A stretch of DNA of 64,000 nucleotides from Bacillota bacterium (lineage in GTDB: Bacteria > Bacillota > Dehalobacteriia > UBA4068). The translations under genes were made by a program, and so were the position numbers. The notes under the pieces are model-generated. The model was not told the DNA's origin and did no database searches. It saw only the letters and a program-made list of their open reading frames with translations. Position 1 is the first letter of the stretch. Every line of letters begins with the position of its first letter. The DNA is taken from positions 1,259 to 65,258 of the forward strand of contig JAUNBC010000006.1 of assembly GCA_030527285.1 (NCBI GenBank). Direction: 5' to 3'. This document shows positions 36,248 through 46,069 of this stretch, in pieces.

Positions 36248-38308
36248 TCAACGCTCCATAAATCTGTGCAGCATAGCCGCAAGCTCGGCGCGGCTGGCCT
36301 CGCCCTGCGGGTCGAGCGTTCCATCGTCCCTGCCCTGTATGATCCCGTGCATAGTCATCCAGCACATCGCCTCATAGGACCAGTCGGAAACCGCGTCCGC
36401 GTCGGGGTGATCCAGCGGGAACATCCACGCGCCCGCAAAGCCCTCGCCCTTAGACTTGGCGTAGCGGTATAAGAACGCCGCCAGCTGCTCGCGGGTCACG
36501 GGATCGTCCGATCCGAATACGTCGTTGCCGTAGCCCTCGGCAATGCCGGTTTGCGAAGCCCAGTTGACCGCGTCGAAATACCAGCTCTGCGTCAGATCCG
36601 TAAAGCCGCTGTCATAATCGGCTAAAATCGGGCTGCCCTCCATGCGCCACAGCACGGTGACCAGCATAGCGCGGGTGGTCGTGCCATGGGGCGTAAAGCT
36701 GTTGGCCGAAACGCCGGTGAACAGCTCGTTCATGTAGGCGTAAGCCACGTCCGCATAATACCATGCGCTTTCCGCCACATCCACGAAGGGGAAGCTGACC
36801 ACAGCATACCGCGAGAGATGGTCGGTGAAGAATTCCACACAGCCGGTGCTGCTGTTATACACGCCCTGCATGGGCTGGATGGAGCCGTCGTCTGCTAAGA
36901 ACCATACCGTCAGGCTGGCGGCAGTTTCGTTGTCTTTCAGCGTATAGGGGATGGAGAACTTGATCTGGCCGCCGTTGAAGCTGCTGATCTTTTCGCCGTC
37001 CACGTAGATGTTGGCGTCCACGACCAGTACAGAGCTGGCCTGCGTGCCCAGCACGTTCCGCTGTTCGTCGCTCAGGGAGATGCTCTTGATCTCCGCTATT
37101 TCCACTCGCAGCTCTCCGTCCTGCCGGCTCACGGCGTTGACCGCAGTATCGTCCAGAGTTACCGTGCCGCTGGGCAGTATCACAGCCAAGCCGCCGCCGA
37201 AAGCCTCAGCGATCGCCGCGACCAGGCTCTGCGGGATCACCGCCTCGCTCACGTCCAGCTGTGACAAGTCCAGACTGACCGTGCCGGTATTCGCCTGGCC
37301 GGAGATGATCTCCGCCAGTTGATCATCGGTAACTTCTATCGTCGCCGTATCGCCGGAGACTCTGGCCGTCGTCTGGACGCTGCCCTCGTTGTTGCTCAGC
37401 TTCACAGTCACAGCAGTGGCAGTAGAGCCGCCACCCCCGCCGCCGGCGGGCGTCCAATTCGCGCTAACGGTTACATCGTTATCCGGCATGGTAAAGGTGG
37501 TGGTCGTGCTGCGTGCGTTAGCAAGGGTAACGCCGTCGCTGTTTACCGTCCACCCGGTAAAGGTATAATTGCTGCGCGTCCCGGCGGCTATCGTTACATC
37601 AGCGCCCTCTGCGTAGCGCCCCGCGCCGCTTGTTGCGGCATAACTGCCGTTGACGGTTACGGCGTAGGAGATGGGCGCGGGCGGCGTTCCCGTGCAGTTG
37701 ACTGATCCCGCCCCGGCCGAAGCGCTGCAAACCACACAGTCTGCGTTCAGGTTGCCTGTGGTGCAAAGGGTGGTGCAGGTGCAATCGGCTGCGCTGGGCG
37801 TTCCCTGGCAGTTGTTCCACCCATTCATGACGCAAAATTGGCAGGTCGGGTTCTGGGTCTCGGGCTCCGAGCCGCAACGAGTGGTGCAGGTGCAATTGGC
37901 AGCGCTGAGCTCTCCCGTGCAGGCGTCAGCATTTGTCAGGCAATACAGGCAGTCCGTGTTCACGTTCTCCGGGCTGCACCGGGTGGTGCAGGTGCAATCG
38001 GCTGCGCTAAGCGTTCCCCGGCAATCGCCTCCCCCCCCCATATGGTTGCAATACGGGCAGTCCGTGTTCGCGTTCCCCGGGCTGCACCGGGTGGTGCAGG
38101 TGCAATCGGCTGCGCTGGGCGTTCCCACGCAGGCAGAAATCCCACTCGTACCTCCATCGCGGCAAACCGGGCATTCTTGGTTTACTGAAGAGGTGGTACA
38201 CAGGGTGGTGCAGCTGCAATCATCCAAGGCAAAGGCTGCGCCGGGCATAAGCCCCAGCAAAAGGCAGACTGCCAGCAAAAGAAACGATCCATTTTTTCTC
38301 ATGTTCAT
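36248..38308 (-). CDS. S-layer homology (SLH) surface protein with five N-terminal six-cysteine repeats
   Basis: Signal peptide; (D/N)C(T/S)CTT.C..C..C..C x5; FVDV..WY, TTRAMLVTVLWR, VTREQLAAFLYR, ASRAELA. Confidence 0.9.
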   Translation of the reverse strand: MNMRKNGSFLLLAVCLLLGLMPGAAFALDDCSCTTLCTTSSVNQECPVCRDGGTSGISACVGTPSAADCTCTTRCSPGNANTDCPYCNHMGGGGDCRGTLSAADCTCTTRCSPENVNTDCLYCLTNADACTGELSAANCTCTTRCGSEPETQNPTCQFCVMNGWNNCQGTPSAADCTCTTLCTTGNLNADCVVCSASAGAGSVNCTGTPPAPISYAVTVNGSYAATSGAGRYAEGADVTIAAGTRSNYTFTGWTVNSDGVTLANARSTTTTFTMPDNDVTVSANWTPAGGGGGGSTATAVTVKLSNNEGSVQTTARVSGDTATIEVTDDQLAEIISGQANTGTVSLDLSQLDVSEAVIPQSLVAAIAEAFGGGLAVILPSGTVTLDDTAVNAVSRQDGELRVEIAEIKSISLSDEQRNVLGTQASSVLVVDANIYVDGEKISSFNGGQIKFSIPYTLKDNETAASLTVWFLADDGSIQPMQGVYNSSTGCVEFFTDHLSRYAVVSFPFVDVAESAWYYADVAYAYMNELFTGVSANSFTPHGTTTRAMLVTVLWRMEGSPILADYDSGFTDLTQSWYFDAVNWASQTGIAEGYGNDVFGSDDPVTREQLAAFLYRYAKSKGEGFAGAWMFPLDHPDADAVSDWSYEAMCWMTMHGIIQGRDDGTLDPQGEASRAELAAMLHRFMER

Positions 38309-38491
38309 ATGTTTACTCCCCCTCTTCGGCAAGGACTCCCACAATTTCATCTATACACTATATATCATAGGGTATTATGGTGATTTGTCAATGGATTGTA
38401 CGGATTTAGCTTGTAATAATGGCAAAATAACTTGTTTTTTGGCCTGTTTTACGCTATGCTGTCCTTATATATCAGAAACGGGGGCTGCGCC

Positions 38492-39301
38492 GTGGACAAA
38501 AAGCTGATGATGGACAGATCCATCCACATCATTACCGAATACTACAAAAACAATCTGGGGCCTTTCTTTGACGGCATGGACGAGGACGTGCTGTGGATAG
38601 GCCCGGTCATGGGTCAATGGCTGCGGGGCAAGGAGGCCATGCTCAAGGCGTGGGAGGCGGAAAAGCACGACCTCACCTTCAGTATGCGGAATATTTCCGC
38701 CACCCATATCCCCCTCGGCTCCGCCGCCTGCGCGGTGGTGCTGCGGTACGAGGTCTACACCCACTACCCCAGCGGCGTTACCCATCTGCACAACCAGCGG
38801 CTGCACTACACGTGGCGGGAAAAGCGGGAGGGCGGCGGGGAGAAGCGGCAGCTCATTTCCGTGATGCACATATCCAACGCCGAGCAGATGGACGAAAGGG
38901 ACGCCATCTACCCGGTACATTATGAAAACGTGGCAGCCCACAAGTACGCGGAATACAGCTCCGGCAAGCTGGCGCGAATGCGGGTACAGGCGACGGACGG
39001 CTCGCTGCACATTCTGCTCTCCACCTCCATTTTGTATATAGAAAGCAGCAGCGCGCGCCAATGCAAGGTACATACGAGGGACGGCGAGGTTTTGACGACG
39101 GCCACGCTGTCAGACTTTGAGGCGGCCTATGCGGAGAGCTTTATACGGGCGCACAGCGGCTATCTGGTAAACCCGATGTACGTGCGCGAGGTGAGGCGGT
39201 TTCAATGCCTGATGGAAGGCGGCGCGGTCATTCCCATACCTGAAAAGAAATATACCAGGTTCAAAAAAGCGCTGTCCGCTTGGGCGGATAAATGGAATTG
39301 A
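38492..39301 (+). CDS. LytTR-family regulator with an N-terminal NTF2/SnoaL-like domain
   Basis: ILYIES, FIRAHSGYLVNPMYV, IPIPEKKY; GTG start after GGGGG. Confidence 0.82.
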   Translation: MDKKLMMDRSIHIITEYYKNNLGPFFDGMDEDVLWIGPVMGQWLRGKEAMLKAWEAEKHDLTFSMRNISATHIPLGSAACAVVLRYEVYTHYPSGVTHLHNQRLHYTWREKREGGGEKRQLISVMHISNAEQMDERDAIYPVHYENVAAHKYAEYSSGKLARMRVQATDGSLHILLSTSILYIESSSARQCKVHTRDGEVLTTATLSDFEAAYAESFIRAHSGYLVNPMYVREVRRFQCLMEGGAVIPIPEKKYTRFKKALSAWADKWN

Positions 39302-39490
39302 GCGGCTGACAGAAGCGGCGGCGGAGCGCCGGTAACAGCGATGAAATAATGATTAATATTATAGTTAGCTGATCAGCCCGAATACGCAATACTCATGGTT
39401 CAGGAAAACTGCAAAGTATGCCGTAGCGGGAGCGCGGGCGCAAAAAAACGCCGCCGGACGGTATCCGTCCAACGGCGCATGAGCCGCTGC

Positions 39491-39730
39491 TTAGCCGCGC
39501 AGCTGTATTGCCAGCTCTTGCAGGTAGTGGCGCACCTCGTCCAAGCTCTCGATGACGAGCTCCTTGCCGGTGATATAAGTCAGCGTATTTTGCCATTCCG
39601 GCAGGGAGTAGTCTTCGGGGGTAAGGGCGCAAAGCACTCTGTTGACCGCCGGCCGGTTTTCATCCAAATGCAGATCGGACAAGAACGGCACGCCGGCGCG
39701 GTCTTTGATGGTGAACAGCAGTAATTCCAT
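39491..39730 (-). CDS. Small conserved hypothetical protein
   Basis: 79 aa; FLSDLH..YSLPEW..YITG pattern. Confidence 0.6.
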   Translation of the reverse strand: MELLLFTIKDRAGVPFLSDLHLDENRPAVNRVLCALTPEDYSLPEWQNTLTYITGKELVIESLDEVRHYLQELAIQLRG

Positions 39731-39951
39731 AGTTTAGCACATCCTAACTATCATATACTTACTTGACGGCAATAATATAAGAGATAAGCTCCTTGACGTT
39801 CATTGTCAAGGCGACAACGATAGCGGATACTAATATGAAACTATTAATATTTTATGCCTAAAAAATCGTTTTGTCCAGTAATCAGGTCAAAAAAACAAGG
39901 GAAAAATGTGAAATTTCCTGATATAATTTCCAAATATCGCGGATTTGACAT

Positions 39952-39985
39952 AAAAACAGAGCCGTCTTAAGACGGCTCTGTTTTT
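39952..39985. terminator. Terminator of the GntR-ABC operon
   Basis: Perfect palindrome AAAAACAGAGCCGTCTTAAGACGGCTCTGTTTTT. Confidence 0.85.
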
Positions 39986-40012
39986 ATCTCATGGATATGC
40001 AGCGCTGTTTCG

Positions 40013-40756
40013 CTATTTGAGCGGCGCGTGGCGCAGCAGCAATCTTGCGGCCGCGCCGGCGATCAGCGCCGCCGCCGCATAGCCGAGCAGCAGCGCCAGC
40101 GGGCTGCCGAGCAGCAGCGCCGCCAGACGGGTCATGCCCTGACCCAATATCATGCCGAAGCCGGTATTGCCGATGGTCAGCGGCAGGCCGATGAACAGCA
40201 TGACCGGTACCGCTACGGCTACGACGATGCTCCAGAAGCGCGGCAGGCGGTAGAAGATCAGCGAGATCATCATGCCCCCCAGCGCCGACGCCATATAACC
40301 GCCGAAGCTGACCAGCATATTGCCCGCCGCCGACAATTCTCCGGGCGGGTTCATTTCAAACAGCATATAGTAGAAGCCGTTGATATAGCCGGGGGCGGCG
40401 GCGTTTACGGCATGCGCCAGCGTCAGCAGCAGCTGCCCGCTCGCGGCCAGCAGCAGCGAGCCGGCGGCGCATACGGCCAGCAGCGCGGCAAAGGCGGTGC
40501 GGCGACCCACGCCGTTTTGCAGCAGCATCCGCGTATCCTCGCGCACCGAGACGATGCCGATCACCAGCATCATCACCATCGCGGAGAATTCAAACACGCC
40601 CCAGACGCCGACCTCGGAGTCCAGCTCCGCCAAATTGGAATGGGCGGCGAGCGCGGCGCAAAACAGCAGCGCCACCACCAGACAGAGTACGCCGACGCTG
40701 GACAGCATATCCTTGAACATATAGCGGAAAGCCGCGATAAAGCTATTCTTAGTCAT
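40013..40756 (-). CDS. ABC-2 type permease
   Basis: Six TM helices; LLQNGVGRR; RBS AAGGAGG. Confidence 0.75.
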   Translation of the reverse strand: MTKNSFIAAFRYMFKDMLSSVGVLCLVVALLFCAALAAHSNLAELDSEVGVWGVFEFSAMVMMLVIGIVSVREDTRMLLQNGVGRRTAFAALLAVCAAGSLLLAASGQLLLTLAHAVNAAAPGYINGFYYMLFEMNPPGELSAAGNMLVSFGGYMASALGGMMISLIFYRLPRFWSIVVAVAVPVMLFIGLPLTIGNTGFGMILGQGMTRLAALLLGSPLALLLGYAAAALIAGAAARLLLRHAPLK

Positions 40757-41615
40757 TGTGTGCATCCTCCTTGTTCATCAGCTCGATGAAATAATTTTGC
40801 AGGTCGATGGCGGTAAATTCCAGACCCTGCGGCGCGTCGCCGTTCGGCCTCTCGCCGCTCACGCATACCGTCTTCAAGCCGCCCAGACTGTTGGCCGAAA
40901 GCAGCTGCTTATCCGCGCAGAAGGCGTCCACCGCCGCCGCCGGCCCCGAGACGCAATAGCCGTCATGCAGCAGCAGCTCTACCGGCTCGTTCTTGATCAG
41001 GCGGCCGTTGCGGATGATCACCGCCTGCTCGATGATATTTGCCGCCTCGGCGATCAGATGCGTGGAGATGATGACGGTGCAGGGGCGCTCGGCGTATTTC
41101 TCGATCAGCAGCTTGTAGAACATATCGCGATGCTGCGCGTCCAAGCCCAATACCGGCTCATCCAGCAGCAGATACGGCGTGTTTACCGCCAGCGCCAGCA
41201 CCAGCTTGAATATCGAGGCATAGCCGGTTGACAGCGCGGTGATCTTCTTTTTCAGCGGCAGCTCAAATTTGGCCGCCAGCTCCAGCGCGTATTGATAGTC
41301 GTAGCCGGGATAGAACAGCGCGGTCATTTTCAGCGCCTTGCCGACGCGCATATCGTCGGGATAGAGATTTTTCTCGCTGACCATGAACAGCCGTCCCAGC
41401 ACGCGGTCGTTGTCGGCTACCGGCTCGCCGTCGATGGCGACGCTGCCGCTATCGGCGTAGAGGCGGTTGGCGATCAGATTGAGCATCGTCGTTTTGCCCG
41501 CGCCGTTATTGCCCAGCAGCCCGTAGATCTTGTTTTCTTCAAAGGTGATATTGATATCATCCAGGGCCAGCGTATGGCCAAAGCTCTTGCTCACCTGTTT
41601 AAGCTCGATCGTCAT
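40749..41615 (-). CDS. ABC transporter ATP-binding protein (YtrB-like)
   Basis: GNNGAGKTT, LSTG, LLLDEP, IISTH. Confidence 0.92.
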   Translation of the reverse strand: MTIELKQVSKSFGHTLALDDINITFEENKIYGLLGNNGAGKTTMLNLIANRLYADSGSVAIDGEPVADNDRVLGRLFMVSEKNLYPDDMRVGKALKMTALFYPGYDYQYALELAAKFELPLKKKITALSTGYASIFKLVLALAVNTPYLLLDEPVLGLDAQHRDMFYKLLIEKYAERPCTVIISTHLIAEAANIIEQAVIIRNGRLIKNEPVELLLHDGYCVSGPAAAVDAFCADKQLLSANSLGGLKTVCVSGERPNGDAPQGLEFTAIDLQNYFIELMNKEDAHND

Positions 41616-41979
41616 CCAAATACCCTCTTTCTATTAATTTGCTCAATTCCTCTTGATCGACGGCCAATTTTTTGGCCTCGGCCAGCAGCGGCCGCACATA
41701 GTCCTGATAGAAGCTTTCCTTGCGTCTTTGGGCGATGCGCCCGCGCGCTCCCTCGCTGACGAACATCCCCAGGCCGCGCTTCTTATACAGCAGCCCGCTG
41801 TCAACGAGGATATTCACGCCCTTGAGCGCGGTAGCCGGATTGATGCGATAGTTGACCGAGATCTCGGTGATCGACGGTATGCGCTGTTCTTCCGCGTAAG
41901 CGCCGCTGAGGATCGCGTTCTCCAGCATTTCGGCGATCTGCAAGAAGATCGACCTTTGCTCATCCAGATTTGTTTGCAT
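41599..41979 (-). CDS. GntR family regulator, YtrA subfamily
   Basis: IFLQIA, IPSITE..YRINPAT, KKRGLGMFV. Confidence 0.92.
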   Translation of the reverse strand: MQTNLDEQRSIFLQIAEMLENAILSGAYAEEQRIPSITEISVNYRINPATALKGVNILVDSGLLYKKRGLGMFVSEGARGRIAQRRKESFYQDYVRPLLAEAKKLAVDQEELSKLIERGYLDDDRA

Positions 41980-42022
41980 TGACTCACTTCCTTTTGCCTT
42001 AATACTACTTTATTACTCAGCC

Positions 42023-42083
42023 GGTTAATTAGTTGAGTAACTAACCACAAGACCATGATAGACCTATGGCGGCGTTTTGTCAA
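42023..42083 (-). promoter_or_regulatory. Promoter and palindromic operator of the YtrA-type operon
   Basis: TTGACA(42078-83)-N17-TATCAT(42055-60); GGTTAATTA-N6-TAACTAACC at 42023-42046. Confidence 0.7.
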
Positions 42084-42184
42084 GTCTTTTTTGCAAAAAA
42101 ATATTTATATTTACGAAAGACCAGCGTAATAATAGTATTATCATTGACGCGCCGGACGCCGGCTCGCGCCTGCCGGCGCGGCGC

Positions 42185-42213
42185 TTGCATATCCTTTTGT
42201 ATAAATGTATAAT
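42185..42213 (+). promoter_or_regulatory. arcA promoter
   Basis: TTGCAT-N17-TATAAT with a TG extension. Confidence 0.6.
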
Positions 42214-42277
42214 AGCTATGGTGCAAGCGCGTAATGACGGCTGCAACGAAACGGTACGGCTAAAAAAGGAGAACCAT

Positions 42278-43498
42278 ATGAGCGAGGGCTTTCTGCACGT
42301 TACCAGCGAGACCGGCGTTTTAAAGCGGGTGATGCTGCATCGTCCGGGCGCGGAGATGGAGTATCTGATGCCGCGTCAGCTGGGCGATATGCTGTTCGAG
42401 GATATACCGTGGGTAGCGCGGATGCGCGTCGAGCATGACGACTTCGCGGCGGCGCTGCGCAAAAGCGGCGCGGAGGTCGTATATATCGAGGACTATATCC
42501 GCTGCATACTGGCCGAGCGCGAGATCGCCGAGCAGTTCATCGACGAGGCCTTTGCCGAGGAATTGGGCGGCGAGCGCGCCGAAATGCGCCGCATCAAGGA
42601 GATATTCCTCTCCTCCGACGCGGCGGAGCGCACCGCCTTTGCCATCGCCGGCATCAGCCCGCGCGATATCAACGCTCTGCCCGAGAGCCTGGCCGATTTT
42701 TTCCCGCAGGAGACTGATTATTGGCTCAAGCCGCTGCCCAATATGTATTTTACCCGCGACCCGGGCGCGGTGATCGGCGGCGGCATAGTGCTGTGCTCGA
42801 TGAATACGCCGGCGCGCCGCCGCGAGGCGCAGCTGCTGCGGCTGGTGGCGCTTCATCATCCCGATTTCGCCGGTACGCCGGTCATCTTTAATAATGCTGA
42901 ATATCGTATGCCGATCGAAGGCGGCGATATATTGGTGCTGTCCGAGCGCGCGGTAGCTATCGGCTGCTCGCAGCGCACCGGCCTGCACGCTATCGACTAC
43001 GTCGCATCCAAGCTGCTCGGCGAGCGCAGCGCCGTGCAAAGCGTGCTGGCGGTGCAAATACCGCCGGAGCGCGCCTTTATGCACCTGGACACGGTAATGA
43101 CCATGGTCGATCCGGCCAGCTTTATCGTTTACCCGCGTATCCTTGACGAAGTCAGCGTGGTCGAGATCAGCCGCGGCCGCGAGGGACGGCTGCAATACCG
43201 CTGCCATGACGAGCTGCGCGGCGCTCTGGCGTCGGCTCTGGGGCTGGACGAGGTGCGCATCCTGCTGTCCGGCGGCGGCGACCGGCTGATCGCCGCGCGC
43301 GAGCAATGGAACGACGCCGCCAATACGCTGGCGGTCGCGCCGGGGCGGGTGCTGGTGTATAACCGCAATTCCGTGTCCAATCAGGGGCTGCGCGAGCATG
43401 GTATCGAGACGATCGAGATCGAGGGCAGCGAGCTGGTACGCGGACGCGGCGGCCCGCGCTGCATGAGCATGCCGCTGTACCGCGAGGATATACGCTGA
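42278..43498 (+). CDS. arcA: Arginine deiminase
   Basis: SETGVLKRVMLHRPG, NMYFTRD, IEGGD, FMHLDTV, EQWND, RGRGGPRCMSMP. Confidence 0.95.
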   Translation: MSEGFLHVTSETGVLKRVMLHRPGAEMEYLMPRQLGDMLFEDIPWVARMRVEHDDFAAALRKSGAEVVYIEDYIRCILAEREIAEQFIDEAFAEELGGERAEMRRIKEIFLSSDAAERTAFAIAGISPRDINALPESLADFFPQETDYWLKPLPNMYFTRDPGAVIGGGIVLCSMNTPARRREAQLLRLVALHHPDFAGTPVIFNNAEYRMPIEGGDILVLSERAVAIGCSQRTGLHAIDYVASKLLGERSAVQSVLAVQIPPERAFMHLDTVMTMVDPASFIVYPRILDEVSVVEISRGREGRLQYRCHDELRGALASALGLDEVRILLSGGGDRLIAAREQWNDAANTLAVAPGRVLVYNRNSVSNQGLREHGIETIEIEGSELVRGRGGPRCMSMPLYREDIR

Positions 43499-44058
43499 TG
43501 AGCGGCCGTATCGAAGCCGCCAAGGCCGAGTGCCGCGAGCAGGCGCGGCGGCGTTTGGCGGCGATCGACAGCGCGCGCCTGCAGGCTGAGGACGCGGATA
43601 TCACCGCGCAGGTGCTGGCGCTGCCGCAATACGCGGCGGCGCGCAGCGTCTTTTGCTATGTGGCGGCGGGGCGCGAGCCGGCGACAGCGGCCATTATCGG
43701 GCAGGCGCTGGCGGCGGGCAAGCGGGTGGCCGTACCGCGTATCGAGGCGGCGGGAGCGATGTCGGCGCGGCTGATCGGCGGCCTGGATGAGCTGCACGAC
43801 GGCGCGTACGGCATAGCTGCGCCCTCCGCCGCTGCGCCGGTAATGGCGGCGCAGGAGCTGGAGCTGGCGATCATCCCCTGCGCGGCCTGTGACCGTGACG
43901 GGCGGCGCCTGGGCAAGGGCGGCGGTTATTATGACCGCTATCTGGCCGCAAGCCGCGCCTATCGCGTGGCTCTGTGCCGCAGCGAGTGCCTGTTCGAGCG
44001 GCTGCCCGTTGCCGGACATGATATACTGATGCATTTAGTAGTGGCTGACCGCTTGTAG
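43498..44058 (+). CDS. 5-formyltetrahydrofolate cyclo-ligase
   Basis: VAVPRI, IIPCAACD..RLGKGGGYYDRYL. Confidence 0.9.
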   Translation: MSGRIEAAKAECREQARRRLAAIDSARLQAEDADITAQVLALPQYAAARSVFCYVAAGREPATAAIIGQALAAGKRVAVPRIEAAGAMSARLIGGLDELHDGAYGIAAPSAAAPVMAAQELELAIIPCAACDRDGRRLGKGGGYYDRYLAASRAYRVALCRSECLFERLPVAGHDILMHLVVADRL

Positions 44059-44167
44059 CTTCTTAAACAAAAACTCACAAATAATTCAGCGATTGTTCAT
44101 TTGCTATGGCGGCATATCTGCGCTATACTATAATCGTTGGCAAGACAATGGGATCAGGAGGTGCGAT

Positions 44168-44692
44168 ATGGCGGATATATTTGAAAAGATCAGTCAGGCG
44201 ACCAAGAACGTGGCCGAGAACGTCGGCAAAGCGTCGAAAAACGCCGCCGAGGCTGCCGGCAACAAAATAGAAGAGGTGCGGCTCAACGGCCGTATCAATG
44301 ATGAGAAGAAGCGCATCGAGCTGTATAAGGCGCAGATCGGCGAAAGCGTGTGGCAGGAGCATCAGCAGGGCAAGGTCTATGACGGCGAGGTCGGCGAGCT
44401 GGTAGCGCAGATCGTCTCCGCTTACAGCAATATCCGCTCGATCGAGGATGAGCTGGAGGCGCTCAAGCAAAGCGCCGCGCCCGCCGCGCCCGCCGCCGCC
44501 AATGCGCAGAGCTGTCCGGCCTGCGGCGTGGCCGTGGGCGACGGGATCAAGTTCTGCCCCAACTGCGGCCGCCCGCTCAGCGAGCCGGAGCCTGCTCCTG
44601 CGGCGCAGCCCGCCGCCGCCGTATGCCCTGTCTGCGGCGTCGAGGTCAGCGGGGAGTACAGGTTCTGCCCGGCATGCGGAGCGCCCATGTAG
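44168..44692 (+). CDS. Coiled-coil plus double zinc-ribbon protein
   Basis: CPACG..FCPNCG and CPVCG..FCPACG. Confidence 0.85.
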   Translation: MADIFEKISQATKNVAENVGKASKNAAEAAGNKIEEVRLNGRINDEKKRIELYKAQIGESVWQEHQQGKVYDGEVGELVAQIVSAYSNIRSIEDELEALKQSAAPAAPAAANAQSCPACGVAVGDGIKFCPNCGRPLSEPEPAPAAQPAAAVCPVCGVEVSGEYRFCPACGAPM

Positions 44693-44726
44693 CCCAGCCC
44701 GACAGATCAGCGGTTTCGCGGAGAAC

Positions 44727-44762
44727 AAAACCCCGCCATGCTAAAGCACGGCGGGGTTTTTT
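44727..44762. terminator. Bidirectional terminator
   Basis: AAAACCCCGCC...GGCGGGGTTTTTT. Confidence 0.8.
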
Positions 44763-44788
44763 GCTTTGACCCGTCAACAGGCACGCGA

Positions 44789-46069
44789 TCAGCGGCGGAT
44801 GACGTGCTCGCGGCGCGGGCCGTTGCCGATGCTGGAGAAGGGTACACCGATAAAGCGCTCGGCAAACTCGATGTACTCGCGCGCCGCTTGCGGCAATTTA
44901 TGATAATCGCTGACGCCGCGAATATCGCAATTCCAGCCCTCCAGCACCTTGAGCACCGGCCTGGCCTTTTTCAGCCGCGGCGTGGCGGGAAAATCCGTCG
45001 TCTGCTCGCCGTCGATCTCATAGGCGACGCATACCGGTATCTGCGGCAGATAGGAAAGCGCGTCCAGGACGGTGAAGGCGACCTCGGTGGCCGACTGCAC
45101 GCGCACGCCATAGCGCGAGGCTACCAGATCCAGCCAGCCCATGCGCCGCGGGCGGCCTGTCGTCGCGCCGTATTCGCCGCCGTCGCCGCCGCGTTTGCGC
45201 AGCTCGTCGGCCTGCTCACCGAAGATCTCGCTGACGAATTCGCCGCCGCCCACCGCCGAGGAATAGGCCTTGACCACGGCGATGATACGCCCGATATGCC
45301 CGGGCGGCAGACCCGCGCCCACCGCGCCGTAGGCGGCGATGGTATTGGACGAGGTGACCATCGGATAGATGCCGAAATCAACGTCCTTGAGCGCGCCCAG
45401 CTGCCCTTCGAGCAGTATTCTCTTGCCCTCGCGCACCGCCTGATGCAAATAGGCAAAGCTATCGCCGATATACGGCTTGAGCAGCTCGCGGTATTCCCGA
45501 AGCGTGGCGGCGACGGCGGCGGGGTCGAGCAGCGGCTGATGATAGAGATGCTCGAGCAGCGTATTCTTGACCGCGCACACGGCGGCCGCCTTATCGGCCA
45601 AATAGCTGTCCGCCTCTAACAGCTCGCAGAGCTGGAAGCCGGTCTTGGCAAATTTATCGGCGTACGCGGGCGCAATGCCGGAGCGCGTGGAGCCAAAGCT
45701 GCGTCCGGCCAGCCGCTGCTCCTCGTAAGCGTCGAACAGCTTATGATACGGCATCACTAACTGCGCGCGCTCGGAGAGCAGCAACCGCGGGCGCGGCACG
45801 GCAGCCTGCTCCAAGGCGGCCAGCTCGTCGCGAAAATTCTCCGGCGAGAAGACCGCGCCGTTGCCGATGACGTTGACCACATGGCTGTGGAATACGCCGG
45901 ACGGTAGCTGATGCAGCGCGAATTTGCCGTATTGATTGACGATGGTATGACCGGCGTTAGCCCCGCCCTGAAAGCGGATAACGATATCCGCGGCGGCGGC
46001 CAGCGCGTCGGTCAGCTTGCCCTTGCCCTCGTCGCCCCAGTTAGCGCCAACGATCGCCGTGATGCTCAT
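44789..46069 (-). CDS. purA: Adenylosuccinate synthetase
   Basis: GANWGDEGKGK, GGANAGHT, EYGATTGRPRR. Confidence 0.97.
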   Translation of the reverse strand: MSITAIVGANWGDEGKGKLTDALAAAADIVIRFQGGANAGHTIVNQYGKFALHQLPSGVFHSHVVNVIGNGAVFSPENFRDELAALEQAAVPRPRLLLSERAQLVMPYHKLFDAYEEQRLAGRSFGSTRSGIAPAYADKFAKTGFQLCELLEADSYLADKAAAVCAVKNTLLEHLYHQPLLDPAAVAATLREYRELLKPYIGDSFAYLHQAVREGKRILLEGQLGALKDVDFGIYPMVTSSNTIAAYGAVGAGLPPGHIGRIIAVVKAYSSAVGGGEFVSEIFGEQADELRKRGGDGGEYGATTGRPRRMGWLDLVASRYGVRVQSATEVAFTVLDALSYLPQIPVCVAYEIDGEQTTDFPATPRLKKARPVLKVLEGWNCDIRGVSDYHKLPQAAREYIEFAERFIGVPFSSIGNGPRREHVIRR

